Assembly (NCBI RefSeq): GCF_004010195.1
Contig: NC_057718.1
Span: 12,508,121 to 12,572,120, forward strand
Direction: 5' to 3'
DNA from: Chiloscyllium plagiosum
Lineage: Eukaryota
Length of the DNA: 64,000 bases
The position numbers and the translations under genes are program-made. The first letter of the stretch is position 1; every line of letters starts with the position of its first letter. The notes below the pieces were generated by a model. It was not told the origin of the DNA and did not search any database. It saw nothing but the letters and a program-made list of their open reading frames with translations. Shown here one piece after another: positions 25,191 to 38,854 of the stretch.

Positions 25191-25819
25191 CTGAGGGCTC
25201 TTTAGTCTAAAGTATTGACACTGCATGCTCTTCAGGCAGCTGTTAATGATCTCCATTTGCACTCACTTAATATGTTAGGAGGTCACTGCTTCCCAGTGAA
25301 TCTTCCTCCATGACAGAGCTTTTAAAAATTGCTTGTGTATTTACTGGTTCTCAGTGCAGTTGAATCTGAAATCATATTGAACGTTATCATGGTATATCTG
25401 CTAAGAATAACATCTGCCGTGATTTCCACTGTCTGAGCACTTTGTTCTGCCTGGGATGTGGAGCTGAGGCAGGTGGATGGAGTTGAGATTTGGATAAAAT
25501 GAATGGTGCTTTGGGTTTAAGGAGTTGAATAGGTAACTGCTGCTCTTAATGCTTCTGACATTGAGTGAGATTACCATGAAGGACTCTCCTTCTCAATCCT
25601 GCTCCATTGTTCAATCATCTTCTACATTGACTGTGCTTTCACAACCCATCCCTATATCCACCAGTTTTCTGAGCATTTAAAAAATCTCAATCTCAGGTTC
25701 AGTTTTGAATTTACTCCAACAACTGAATATCCACAGCTGGAGAAATTCTGAAGATTCAATATGATCCGGAGTAAAATATTTTCTGTTTATCCTCCATCCA
25801 AATTGCCAACCTCAGTAAA

Positions 25820-26160
25820 CATCAAAGCAGAACATAGCAAAGTTATTTTTGAAGTATGGTCATTGTTACGATGTGGGAAATGTGGCAGTCGAGTCATACA
25901 CAGCAAGCTCCCACAAGCAGCAGTGATCTATTGACCATGATTATCTGATTTTTTTTTGTGATGTGGGCTAGTATATCAGGGAGAATTTCAGTATTCTTCT
26001 CCAATGTGTGGTCATGGAATCTATTATGTTCACCTGAAGGGCCAGGTGGAATGTCAGTTTGAGACACCCATCTGAAAAACAATATTTCCGATAGAGGGCT
26101 CCCCAGATCTATTCTAGATTTGTACTCCATTGGGAAAGGCTGCTTCCACTGAACCACAAC
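25820..26160 (-). mobile_element. Deu-domain SINE
   Basis: CACAGCAAGCTCCCACAAGCAGCAGTG...TTCCACTGAACCACA. Confidence 0.6.
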
Positions 26161-26674
26161 TGTGACAAACTGGATGGGGTCTTAGTAATGGTGAGTATGG
26201 GGGTCAAAAGTTCAGTTCTGGTATCTTCCATTACTCCTCTTCAGGCTTCCTGTTCTTTTGTCAGGTTGTGGTTCCTTTCAGTCTCAAGAAAGAGTTTGCT
26301 CTGTGTATAGTCTGTAGATTTTTATCAGCTTTGGCAACAGAATTGGGACTAAATGCCAACAGTTTCTAATGAATCCTGTGCCAATGAAATCAATTTGAAT
26401 TAAGTCAGTGACCCTTTATGAGCTGGTCTTCCCTTCTGGGTAGCTCAGGATATTTCACAGCTGCAGGAATGGGTCTCCAAGCAGTAGAATAGGTAAGTAA
26501 GCCTCCTCAAAATATTTTGAAGAGGCTAAGACATTCTTTTGTTGGGACATTTTTTTGTTCATTTCAAATTGCAGAATCTCTGACACTGTTAAGAGTTTCA
26601 GCATTACAATGACCAACATTTACTCATTCTATCATGTGTGAACTGAACAGTGCCCACCACATCAGCAGTTAGTC

Positions 26675-27626
26675 AGAGTCATAGAGATGTACAGTACGGA
26701 AACAAAACCTTTGGTCCAACTCGTCCATGCCGACCAGATATCCAAATTAATCTAGACCCATTTGCCAGCATTTAGCCCATATCCCTCCAAATGCTTCCTA
26801 TTCATATACCCATCCAGATGACTTTGAAATGTTGTAATTGTACCAGCATCCATCACTTCCTCTGGCAGCTCATTCCATACACTCCCCACTCTCTGCGTGA
26901 AAAAGTTGCTTCTTAGATCCCTTTTAAGTCTTTCCCCTCTCACCTTAAACCTATGTCCTCTAGTTTTGGACTCTTGCACCCCAGGGAAAAGATCTTTTCT
27001 ATTTACCCAATCCATGCCCCTCATGATTTTATAAATCTCTCAGCCTCCAACTATCAGGGAAAATAGCCCCAGCTTATTCGGCCTCTCCCTGTAGCTAAAA
27101 CCCTCCAACACTGACAAAATCCTTGCAAATCTTTTCTGAACCCTTTCAAGTTTCACAACGCCCACCCGAGAGCAGGGAGACCAGAATTGAACACAATATT
27201 CCAATAGTGGCCTAACCAATGTCCTGTGCAGCCACAACATGATCTCCCAACTCCTGTACTCAATGCACTGCCCAATAAAGAAAAGCATAGCAAATGCCTT
27301 CTTCACTATCCTATCCACCTGACACTCCACTTTCAAGGATCTATAAATCTGCACTCCAAGATCTTTTTGTTCAGCAACAGCCCCCAGGACCTTACCATAA
27401 AGTGTATAAGTCCTGCTCTGATTTGCCTTTCCAAAATGCAGAACCTCACATTTATCTAAATTAAACTGTATCTGCCACTTCTTGGTCCATTGGCCCATCT
27501 GATCAAGATCCTGTTGTAACATTCTTCACTTTCTACTACATCTCCAATTTTGCTATCATCTGCAAACTTACTAACCATATCTGCTATGTTCACTTCCAAG
27601 TCATTTACATAAATGATGAAAAGCAG
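26675..27626 (-). mobile_element. HER1/CR1 LINE 3' ~950 bp
   Basis: ORFs 27040-27522 and 26752-27024 (WQIQFNLDKCEVLHFG; LVRPLLEYCVQFWSP; RSNFFTQRVGSVWNELP). Confidence 0.92.
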
Positions 27627-28569
27627 TTCATGAACCTATCATCTATCCTTTTGCTAAATGTGATTCCAATACTACCAAGGTTGGTGGTGTTGGGGAGGCA
27701 ATTGCCTTGAGGTATTATCACTGGACTGTTAATCTAGGCACCTAGGTGATGTTCTGGGGATCTGGGCTTTGAATCCCACCCTGACAGATTTCAAGTTAAC
27801 TCTTACCTTGAGTTAGTCTTCAAGAACTTTCAGGATATTTTATGAACCTTTCTGATCCTCCATCAAAATTCTGAATGTATTCATTCTTTGATGCATCTCC
27901 TTAACAATGATAAGCAAGATGATCAGGGCTCTGTTTTTGGGTTCATTTATTGTTTGATCTGTAAAATAGATTAGTTGCCTGAACAGATATAAATTTAATA
28001 AAGATTCATTGGGCGTCCATTCTATACAGAGCTTTCTGTTATGCACCTTTCAGCCTTAGAAATGTTGAACTGTAGTTTTAAATTAGTGCAAGTATGAAAA
28101 AATGCTCCTTGGCTTTGTGTCAGTAAAAATTAAGAATGCTCCTTCTTTAAGGACCAGATTCTGCAACTGTTGTGAGAGATTATTACTTTTGAACCAGTTG
28201 TCAGGTCAGACAATACTAGACTTCCAGCTCTCTCAGCTCAAAAATAGACTGCACCTTGCTAAAAATCTTTCCAGTGAGGCAATCTTAGAAATTTGTATTA
28301 TCTTTATCTTATGAGCTTACATTCTAATCAGAAGGAAATTAGCTTGGTCTTCTTGATAACCAATGCCCTATCTATAGATCTGTGGGACTGTTTGAACTCT
28401 CAGAAACTGATGGTGCTAATTGTCTGAATTCTCTATTGTCTGGCTGGTTTTCAATTAATTTTTCCAACCATCAACACCAAGATATTAGAGTCTTTTGCTA
28501 ATTGAGATTTTGCCTCCAGCAGGATACTTAAACTGATGCAGTAATCCTTCTTTTATACTATTCTATAAA

Positions 28570-30150
28570 CATGAGCCAATAATAAATAGGAACAGGGGTA
28601 GGCCATTCAGCCCCTCGAGCCTGTTCCACCATTCAATAGGATCATGGCTGATCTGATGTTCCTCACATCCACATTCCTGCATTTTCCCCGTAACCCTTGA
28701 TTCCCCGACTGATCAGGAATCTATCTATCTCACCCTTGAATATACACATGGACTCAAGCCCCTACAGCTCTTTGTAGTAAGTAGTTCCAAAGACCCACAT
28801 CCCTATGAGAGAAATCCCTCATCATCTCAGTCTTAGATTGGTGTCCCTTTATTCTGAGACTATACCCTCTGGTGCTAGACTCTCCCATGAGAGGAAAGAT
28901 GCTCTCAGCATTTACCCTGACAAGCCCTTTAATAATCCTCTATGTTTCAATGAGATTACACCTCATTCTTCTAAACTCCAGTGATTACAATCCCAACCTG
29001 TTTAATCTTTGTTCATAAGACAATCCTTCCATACTGGGGATCATCCTAGTGTACCTTCTCTGAACTGTGGAAAATGAAATATCTTTACTTTAAATAAGAA
29101 GACCAAAGCTGCTCTCTGTACTCCAGATGTAGTCTCATCAGCATCTTGTTGGTTGCAGTAAGACTTCCCTACTCTTACACTTAAACCCCTTAAAATAAGA
29201 GCCAACATTCCATTATCTTTCCTGAATATTCACTACAGCTGTGTGCTAGCTTTCTGTGTTCCATGCACAAGCCTCTTTGGGTTGCAGCTTTCTGCAGTTT
29301 TTCTCCATTTAAATAATACTCCATTCTTTTGTTCTCCCTTCCAAAATAAACGACTTCACATTTTCCCACATTATCCTCTATTTGCTAACTTTTTAACCCA
29401 TTTAATTAATGTATCAACATGTCTGTAAAATGTTTGTTTCTTACTCACAACCTGCCATTCCATCTATTTATGTATCGTTTGTAAATTTGACTACAGTACA
29501 TTTGTTTCCTTCCTCCAAGTCATTAGTGTTTATTGTAAACAGTTGTGGTCCCACCACTGATCCCAGGTCACAGGTCATCAAACTGAAAAAGGACCCCTAA
29601 TCCCCATTCACTGTTCCTGCCCATAAGCCAATTCTCTATCCATGCCAATACACTACCTCCAACACCATGGACTCTTATCTTATGACTTTTAACCTTTTAT
29701 GAGGTACCTTGTCAAACATCTTCTGGAAGTTCAAATGCACCACATCTACTGGGTCCCCTCTATCCACTCTGGCTGAGACTTCCCCAAAAAGCTTTAATTA
29801 ATTAGTCAGATACGATTTCCCTTTCATGACTCTGCTCGATTAGGTTATGATTTTTCAAATGTTATGCTATTACTTCCTTAATAATTGATTCCAATTCTTT
29901 TCCAACAATACATATTAGGCTAATCCACCTATAGTTACCAGCTTTTAACTTTCCCCCTTTTTGAATAAGGGTGTCACATTAGCAAATTTCCAATCCTCCA
30001 GTACTTCTCCACAATCAAAGGATTTCTGAGAAAATTACAACCAATGCATCCACTATCTCTGTAGCTACCTATTGTAGGATCCTAGGATGCCAGCCTTTAA
30101 GCTCAGGGGACTTATTGGCCCATTAGTTTGTCTAATAATACTTCTTTAGT
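28570..30150 (-). mobile_element. CR1 LINE RT to 3' region, decayed
   Basis: CR1 tail GTAGGCCATTCAGCCCCTCGAGCCTG. The minus-strand RT pieces include FELPEDV/DKVPHKR-like and NYRWISL-like segments. Confidence 0.85.
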
Positions 30151-30269
30151 GTTATTTGTGGTACTGGATGGTAAGAAATTAGATTGCGTAAATTGTGATG
30201 TTAAAGAATTTGATAGACATTTGTTGCATCTAACTATTATAGGCAACTATATGTTACATTCTTCAGGCT

Positions 30270-30778
30270 TAGAGTCTTAGAGATGTACGGTCCAACTCAT
30301 CCATGCCAATTAGATATCCTAACCCAATCTAGTCCAATTTACCAGCACTTGGCCCATATCCCTCTAACCCTTTCCTATTCACGTACCCATCCAGATGCCT
30401 TTTAAATGCTGCAATTGTACCAGTCTCCACCACTTCCTCTGGCAGCTCATTCCAGACACACACCACCCTCTGCGTGAAAATGTTGCCCCTTAGGTCCCTT
30501 TTAAATCTTTCCCCTCTCACCCTAAACCTATGCTCTCCAGTTCTGGACTCCACCTCCCCAGGGAAAAGACCTTGTCTATTTATCCTATTCATGACTGTCA
30601 CAATTTTATAAAGCTCTGTAAGGTTACCTCTCAACATCTGATGCTCCAGTGAAAACAGCCCGAGCCTATTCAGCATCTCCCCATAGCTCAAATTCTCCAA
30701 CCCTGGCAACATCCTTGTAAATCTATACTGAACTTTTTCAAGTTTTACAACATCCTTCTAATAGGAAGGAGACCAGAA
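30270..30778 (-). mobile_element. HER1/CR1 LINE 3' end
   Basis: ORF 30329-30712 is a CR1 ORF2 C-terminus. Confidence 0.92.
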
Positions 30779-32355
30779 ATGCTCTAAGTCTCTATATTAG
30801 TACTATGTCAGTAGGCTACACAGAGCAGCATGTTAACCGTGCTTCAAGTCAGCCTGGAGTAAGACAGAGTCTGAGACTTTTATAACCTCAGATTATGTGA
30901 TACAGTGAATTAAGAGAATGTCTCTTAAAGGTACACTGACATATTAACCATAAAACATAAGAGAACAAAGGTAATTGTAAAAATAAATGGCAAAAGAATT
31001 GCAGCAGCAAATGGGAAAAGCAGGAGAGTAGAGTTTCCTGAGAGCTGTCATGGATAAGATAGACAGAATGGCCTACTTCAGCAATGATTGACTCTGTACC
31101 ACTAAATGATGAGTTGGCATTACAATTGAGTAACCAGTTTTAGATCCATACTGCAGATTCATGAGCACAAACTTCACTGTATAGGGAAAGTTGTGATTAC
31201 CTAAATAAATCTACTGCTTTATTATTCATTCTTGGATTTTCAATGACCTTAGATTAAGTTCAACACAGAAACAATACAGAAAGAAGCTTAATCATATTCC
31301 ATATGGCCAGTTCCTGATCTTGACCAGGGCGATAGGAAAGGGCACCAAATGGAGGTAACATTCTCATAGGGAGAGGGAAGGGAGAAGAATTAGATGACAA
31401 TTAAAGTGACATTGGCAGAGGGCCAGATCCCTTTGCGAGGAAATGGCGTGAGGTGACAGAGGAAGGCTTAAAGTGGAGTGTGTATAAATTGTTTTGAAAA
31501 GCTTATTTAAACAATAGTAGAAAAGAAAGTAGCAGACATGCTAATGATTCACTCCAAAAAAAATGTTTTAAATGGCCACTCTGAATGCAGCGATCATTGA
31601 GGTTGTTTTTGAATTTTCATAACCGAAGAACAACAAAGGAAATGTTTGCATCCCCACTGGGAGTGATTTTGTTAGGGGTAGAAAAAAAAACCACAGAGCA
31701 TGCCTGAATTTTTGGCACTGGCCCAATAAACAATGCTTTGTTTTAAAAAGGAAACTGAGATTGGATATTTTGCACAGATAGTCTGAAAAATCGATAGATA
31801 AAAATCACACGCTTGCCAACTTTCTGAAATGATAAATGGAATGGAATCAGAGTCTGGTGAATGCATTCATCAGTTTGAAGCATTAACTCTTTGTGGTTTC
31901 TTTGAAGTAAGGTTTCCAAGCAGTCGAAAAGAATACAGAAGAAACACTCATCTGTCGTCACTATGGAAACCTGGCAGATCTGGCAGTGCCAAAGACTGTA
32001 TGGAACACACAAAAAGGTCAGGGAAGATAGGACTGAGAGATACTCTGGCAAAACAATCTCAGACAGGCAGACAGCAAATATTTCTGTGCAATGACTCTGA
32101 GTGACTGCACCATTTTTCTCCGAGGAGTTTTCCATGCGACTTTTGGCCTTCCAACTCTGACCACCATCCTTCCACCCCGCCCTCCCCCCACAGCCAATTT
32201 TCTCCTCTTCTTCCCTGAAAAGGCTTCTTCATTCAGAACACTACCTGTTGCCATTTTTATCTCACAATATTGGGGGCAACAGGTCACGGCTGTGGTTGGA
32301 AATTTGTCAGTGCTCAGCTTTGGAAGCAAAATTAACCATTTGGTTCCATGCTTAC

Positions 32356-32498
32356 ATCATATTGGGACTGGGAGGCCTGATTTTCTCCTGAAACTGGGCC
32401 ATGTGCCTCATTCCCAGTATCTAGGCAGTTTTCATGCCTCTTTGTTAATACTGGGCCACTTACCTGAAGAGAGGTAGCAGTGAAGGGTGAAAAACAAT
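32356..32498 (-). other. Candidate recursive splice site with 108-nt RS-exon
   Basis: The minus strand reads TTGTTTTTCACCCTTCACTGCTACCTCTCTTCAG|GTAAGT (CAG 32466-32464, GTAAGT 32463-32458), with a second donor GAT|GTAAGC at 32356/32355. Confidence 0.45.
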
Positions 32499-32849
32499 TG
32501 GTGTCAAAGACATTTCTGTTTGGCGTGTTACTGTGAAAACATTAACTTTTTTTGGAAAATATTAAATGCAAAACAATTATCTGTCAGTACCTTTCGCTTC
32601 TGAAACTCTGATGAATCCTGTTCAGCTCAATTCCTGCTTCCCTCAGCAGAGTCCAGTTGCACTGATTGCACCTCAAATAGGTATTAGGCCCCTGCATTGG
32701 CATGTCAAGGTGCCTACTGCCTTGACTTAGGTGATTGCCATAATGTCTGCAAAGCAAGCCAGACAAATTTAGCAGTGGTCCTTGAAATCGGCCCTCAGCG
32801 TTCACATTAAAGAAAGAAAGACTGCATTCATGTAGCACAATTTTTGAGC

Positions 32850-33190
32850 ATGGGATATCTCAAAGTGATGCTGCAAACTTTCTACAATGTCAAAATGATC
32901 AGATAATCTGTACGTCATGATGTTTATTGAAGGATTAAATATAAAGCAGAACATCGAGGAGACCTCTCCTGCTCTTCTCTGAAGTGGTGCCATGGGATTT
33001 TTCATATCCAACCAACCAACCAATCAGGTAATGGCCCAGTGTCTGGTTCAAAACTCAGCAGCTTCAACTTATAGCAGTAGAGGGTTGGCAATGTTTTTTG
33101 CGCTCAAGCCCTGAACTTGGATCTGAACCTGTAACTTAGAGGAACATTGTGACTTAGAGGCAAGCGTGCCACAAATTGAGCCACACATCA
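32850..33190 (-). mobile_element. Deu-domain SINE, decayed
   Basis: CTCCTGCTCTTCTCTGAAGTGGTGCCATGGGATTTTT...GACTTAGAGGCAAG...AATTGAGCCAC. Confidence 0.6.
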
Positions 33191-34329
33191 TTGACTGGCT
33201 ATCTCATGCCTGTTTTGCATCCAAAAAGTCAACGCATCGTGAACCGATTCTTAATGCAAGATGCCACAAAACCAGGCTGCAGTTTGTCCCAGTTTTGAGG
33301 TGATGCATAATAACTGTGTTTCACCTTTACAGACAAGAATTGCCATTGATTTCCCAAGGATGCACAAATGAATCAATTATATCATAAGACCATCAGAAAT
33401 GGGAACAGGAGTAGGCCATTGGGCCCTTCAACCCTACTGGTTTTGTGGAAGGGCCACTCAACCCAAACTGTAAACTCTGATTTCTCTCCACAGATGCTGC
33501 CAGACCTGCTGACCTTTTCCAGCAATATCTCTTTTTGTTTCTGATTTACAGCGTCCATAGTTCTTTTGTTTTTTATTTAATACCAATGAGTCTTTGGTAC
33601 CCTTTGTACTCCCTCATCACAAATTCTGCACACTCCCTCAGCCACTGCCTTAGGCTGAAACAGCTTTCTTAGCCTCTTCTCAAAGCTGCCAATCTTACAT
33701 CAAATTGCGTGGGATACATGACACAAAATGCATCATTTGGCCCAACCAATCCAATGTGTATGCTGCACTTTAGCTTCCTTCCACCTATGCTATCAAAGTC
33801 GACCATCCTAACCTGGCATTCCCTTCTCCCTCAAATACTTGTCCACTTTCCCCTTCAATACATATACACAGTTCACTTCTTCCCCTCTCTCTGGTAGCTG
33901 TAAAATAAGGGGCTGAAGTCTGATTGTGGAATGGGATTACGTAATCCATGATTATAAAAGATATAGTGTCACCAGATCTTGTCTTTCTTGCATCCCTGAT
34001 GCAAGATGAAGCCACGATAAGATGTTTCTTCGATAAAGTTAATGCTTTGTTACCTCAGCAAAATCTGTAATTATTCTTTAGCAGTACAACAAGACGAAGA
34101 ATATTGTAGCAGTGAGTTCCATATGCTCACTAATCTTCAGCAATTTCTTGTGATTTCCTTGTTGGATTCTTTTGATTCTAGCCTTTAGTTATGCCCTTCC
34201 CTATCGGATTAGCTGCTGGTAAAGCAACAACTTGATGTTAAAATTTTGTCTTTTTTTTCAAATCGCTCTGTAACCTTATCCTGCCCTAGCTGTCTAATCT
34301 CCTCCAGTTTTACAACATATTGAAACATG

Positions 34330-34560
34330 TATGATCCTGAGGTGATTTGTCAGGTGGATATGGAAAGGATGTTTCCTCTTGTGGGGGAATCTAGAACTAT
34401 GGTTCATTGTTTAAAAGTAAGGTGTTGTCTATTTCAGACGGAAATGAGGAAACATTTCTTTCTCTCAGAGGGTTGGGAGTCTTTGGAATTCCCTTTCTCA
34501 AAAGACAGTGGATGCACAATCTTTACGTATGTTTAAGATAGAGGTAGATAAGTTCTTAAT
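34330..34560 (+). mobile_element. CR1 3' fragment
   Basis: VDMERMFPLVGESRT..EMRKHFF. Confidence 0.8.
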
Positions 34561-34929
34561 TACTAATATAAGTTCTTAATTACTAATTAAGTTTTTTGGT
34601 CTCCCTTTCCTATATCTCCAACTGTGAGATGTCTCGATGGCTCTGTGGAGAACCATGGGACACTTTTTCACATTAAAATGTGCAATAGAAATCCAAGTTG
34701 TTCTTATATTAGGATAAAACAATGAAAATGGATCTTCCAACCTGCGATTCACATCATTTTGCAAGCAATGCTAAAAGTTTGTGATTTTTATTTGTTCACT
34801 CATGTGATGTTGTTGCCACCGGCTAGGTCAGTATTTTATTGCCCGTCTCTAATTACCCGTGAGAAGATGGTGGTGAGCTACTTTCTTAAACCGTGTGGAG
34901 TAGGTAAGCAGGCGGGAGGTTACCCATTT

Positions 34930-35683
34930 GGACCGAGAAAAGAGAGATCAGGGAATCTAAATGGTAGGAAGTTAAATACAGTGGATGTCTAAACAGGGGT
35001 TCAGGTACATAGATCTTTAAAATGTCACAAATGGGTGCCAAAAAATCAAGAAATCTGATGGATTGCTGGTCTTTATACCTAGAGGATTGGAGGACAGGAA
35101 AGCAGACATTATGCTGCAGTTATACAAAATCCTGGAATACTTTGAGCAGATCTGGGCACCATACCTTAGGAAGGATATATTGGCCTTGATGAGAGTACAA
35201 TGTAAGTTTACAAGAATGATAGCAAAACTTCAGAGGTTGAGTTATGAGGAGAGATTATACAAATTAGGCCTGTTTTTTCTGGAATTCAGAGGGTTAAAGG
35301 GGTGCTCTGATCAAAGTCTTCAAGCTATTAACAGGGAAAGACGGGTTAGATAAAGATAAATAATTTTCACTTGTTAGAGATTTGAAAACTAGGAGGCATC
35401 ATCTGAGAATAAGAGCCAGACTCTTCAGGAGAGATGTTAGGAAGCACTTCTATACACAAAGGTTGCGAGATCTTTGGAACTCTCTTCCACAGATGGTAGT
35501 GGGTGTTGGATCTGTTACTAATTTTAAATCTAAGATAGGTGAAGTTTTGTTAAGCAAAGGTATTAAGGGATATAAGCCAAAGGCAACTCTATGAAGTTAG
35601 GCCGTAGAGCAGCCATGATCTTATTGGATGGTGGAACAGACTCGAGGGGCTGAATGGCCTACTCCTGTTCCTATACTCCTATG
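34930..35683 (+). mobile_element. CR1 LINE 3' fragment
   Basis: ORFs 35063-35353 and 35382-35594, with tail GCTGAATGGCCTACTCCTGTTCCTAT. Confidence 0.88.
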
Positions 35684-35931
35684 CCCACAGTGTTGTTAAG
35701 AAGAGAATTTCAGGAAGTAGACCTAGTGACAGTGAAGAAACGGAGATATGGTTCAGAGTAAGTATGCCGTCAGGTTTGATGGTGTTCCCAGGTGCCCTCT
35801 TGCCCTAAGCTAGTAGAAGTTGTGGGTTTGGAAGATGTTGTTGAAGAAACCATGGTAGGAAGGTGCATTAGCACGACAGCTCCCAGTTGCTGTTAAGTTT
35901 GCTTTAGGCATGTTGTTGAAAGTGCCACTTA

Positions 35932-36230
35932 GGGTGTCATGGTGGTTTAGTGGCTAGCACTGCTGCTTCACCGCGCCAGGGACTAGGGTTCGATTCTAGC
36001 CTGCGTGATGGTCTGTGTAGAGTTTGGAACTCCGGTTTCCTCCCGCAGTCCAAAGATGTGCAGTTTAGGTGGATTGACCATGATAAATTGCCCATAGTGT
36101 CCAGGGATGTGTAGGTTAGCTGGGTTAGCCACAGGAAATGTAGGATAGGGTGGGTTTGGGTGGGATGTCCTTTGTAAGGTTGGTATGAGGTGAATGCCCT
36201 GCTTCTACACTGTAGGGATTATATGATTCT
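35932..36230 (+). mobile_element. HE1-like V-SINE (internally deleted)
   Basis: tRNA-like head GGTGGTTTAGTGGCTAGCAC...GGTTCGATTC, followed by CAGTCCAAAGATGTGCAG. Confidence 0.85.
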
Positions 36231-37454
36231 TCAGTTCTGGTGTTGCCTGCTGAATTTAAAAGTTTTAAATTCCCACTTAAAGTTCACACACTTTGCAGTC
36301 TACAGTCCCTCATTGTATCACAGTTGATGGCCTCTCTAAATAATAGCGTCCCTCTGTCTGACTCTCCTTCTATATCACTCACTATCATTGGAGCATTTAT
36401 CTCAAGCCCTGCTCCTTTCCACACTCTGACCTGTTTCTCTCCAGATTGATCCCCATTTGAGTTAAATTTCTCCAGCAACACTGTGTCCGACATAAGCTAT
36501 CACCACATCACCAACGAGTTTCTAAATAAGGTAGGCAGCCAGTTGTGAAGGCAGTTTATTTTTACTTTCAAGCTATTTAACTTGCAAAGAAATTAGAAGC
36601 ATCTGAGTTTCTCTTGTTCAGCTTTAGGCTGATTTGAAACATCATGAGAGAAAGAGGCGGTAGTAGTAGCTGACATAAATAGAGGGGCCAGATCCAAGAT
36701 GTTTATGTAGGAATTATTTTTAAAGAGATGAACAAATTGCAGCATAAAAAGAAAGACTGAGATTATCGTGTTAAACATTTGATATAATTATCAGATTGGA
36801 AATTATGGGGCAGAACAGCTTTAAAATGAATGATTAATCTTCAGCCAATGCACATGACTCGCCAAATTTCCCAGGACAGAACAGAGGCAAGTCTAAATGT
36901 ATGCCATTTTATCATATGCTGATTCATTTTAACTGTAATGACTCTGAGATTGGTCTGAACTTGGGCAAGGAAGGAATTTAGTTTAATGGATTTCAAACAT
37001 TTCTCAGGGCTGGAATTCCTGAGCTGGGAATTGAGGGCTCCTGAATATCATTCCTGCTTTGTTTTGTCCGGCTTGCAGAATTCGTTAAATGTGCTGCATC
37101 TCTCCATGTGGTCTGGTGAATAATTAGGCTGCCCAGCATAAAAAGTGCAGAACAAGGCTCAATCTTGCTCCATGCTGCCTTAACTGACATCATTCTAATT
37201 TGGGGGATTGGAAATTAGTTTGGATGAGTTAGATTCTAAAGCCCCACAAACTGGAGGCCAATCTAAACTTTGCTGCCTGTGCCCAAACTCACACTAAACT
37301 CACACTAAACCTCATTCCTTGTGCTCACTGAACGACACTGGCTCCTGGTCAAGCAACATTATGAATCTAAAATTCCACCCTTGTTTTCAAATCCCTTTGT
37401 GGCCTCACTCCTCCCTATTTTTGAAATGTCCCCCAAGCCTGACAATCACAAACG

Positions 37455-37745
37455 TTCTTACAGGGCACAAAGGGGGGATGTCGATAGGATGTTTCCCCTG
37501 GCAAGTGGATTCTAAACCCAAGGGGATACAATCTGAGAACAAGGGATAAGACAATTCAGACTGATTCGAGGAGGAATTTCTTCACACAGAGGTTGTCTAG
37601 AATTTGAATTTTCCACCTTAGAGGGCTTTGGATGCTCAGTCATTAAGTATGTTGAAGACAGATGGATACTGATGACAATGTTGAGCAAATAATCAGCGAT
37701 GATCTAACTGAAAGGTGGAATATGCTCTGCGCTCCCATTCCTATC
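37455..37745 (+). mobile_element. CR1 3' fragment, preceded by a probable L2 fragment (37315-37440)
   Basis: DVDRMFPL..RRNFFTQR. Upstream, LTERHWLLVKQ..KI resembles the L2 ORF2 C-terminus. Confidence 0.65.
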
Positions 37746-37787
37746 GAGACAGCAGGCTCACATAATCAAACACAAACAGTTGAATAA

Positions 37788-37891
37788 CTGAATACTGCAG
37801 TCAAGAGTGTGGTGCTGGGAAAGCACAGCAGGTCAGGCAGCATCTGGGGAGCAGGAGAATCAATGTTTCGGGCAAAAGCCCTTCGTCAGGA
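37788..37891 (-). mobile_element. Penelope-like terminal fragment with hammerhead core
   Basis: The minus strand reads CCTGACGAAGGGCTTTTGCCCGAAACATTGATTC...CTGACCTGCTGTGCTTTCCCAGCACCAC. Confidence 0.8.
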
Positions 37892-38854
37892 CTGCATGCA
37901 CTCCCAACTTAGAAGCGAGAATGGTACTAACTGAACCAGGCGGCAGTCTCAGTTATTGAAGGGAGATATAGTTAAGGCAGAATGTTCAGCTGAAAGGTTG
38001 GCTGGCTGAAAACTCTATTGCTGAGTGCAAAGATTGTGTTGATCAAAACAGTAGTTAGTTAGGGGTGGGGACAGTTGGCCTAATTTGACTCAAAACCACA
38101 GTAAGTAGGGGATTTAACATTGTCTTTGACTCCAAAATGCTGAAAAGGCTAACTGTTGTAATGTTCCTGTTTTATGAATTATTGCAGAAGTTAATGTGTA
38201 AGTGTCTAAATACCAATAGATAGTGAGGCATCTTATAATAGCAGATTTGGACAAAGTGAGTTAATGTTACTGTCATAAGAATGCTAGGGGTTAGATGTTT
38301 GGCTCTTTTATATAAGGATCAGTTTGGATAGCAACAACAAGCACTTACATTTATGCAACACATTCAACAAAGCAAAAGTTCCCAAGATGCTACACAGGAG
38401 TGTTATCAGACAATGGTCTGAGTCTTACTTTTTGGTAAAGTGTCAGTTGTATTGAGATTTTTTACAAAGCTTTTCACTATGAAACGTAGCAGGATGTCTG
38501 ACTATAACTTAGCAAGCTTCATTAACTACCTATCCTGTCCTATAGCACCCTTCATGACTGATTCTAGCTCCATCTGCACCAAATGAAATAGCTGAGTGAG
38601 CCACCTTCATCTCTCTCTCTCCCATTCCAGGGGGAAAACAGTCCAGAAAGAGTCAAGCCTGATGGTGAGCTGCCTTACACTCAACCCTTCACCATTTATG
38701 TGCGCAACAGCCTGACTCTGAGCGGCTGCCTGACTGCGTCCAAGCCTCTGGATTAGCATTGAAGGCTGCCTTTGACTCACTGTGCTGGGAGACCCTGGCA
38801 CCTCTCTTTTGACCAAGGACAGCTGACAACTATGACAAGCTTCCGGTCACCGAG

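Noticed and set aside
26461..26498. Plus-strand micro-exon TTTCACAG...ATAG|GTAAGT
   Set aside because: Weak pyrimidine tract, decayed repeat-like context and no partner exons.
31743..32477. Cluster of 90-130 aa ORFs as coding genes
   Set aside because: They overlap on both strands, show no recognisable domains and have composition unlike real proteins.
38606..38670. Plus-strand acceptor after (CT)n with a GTGAGC donor
   Set aside because: The tract is a microsatellite, the peptide is not recognisable and the candidate is isolated.
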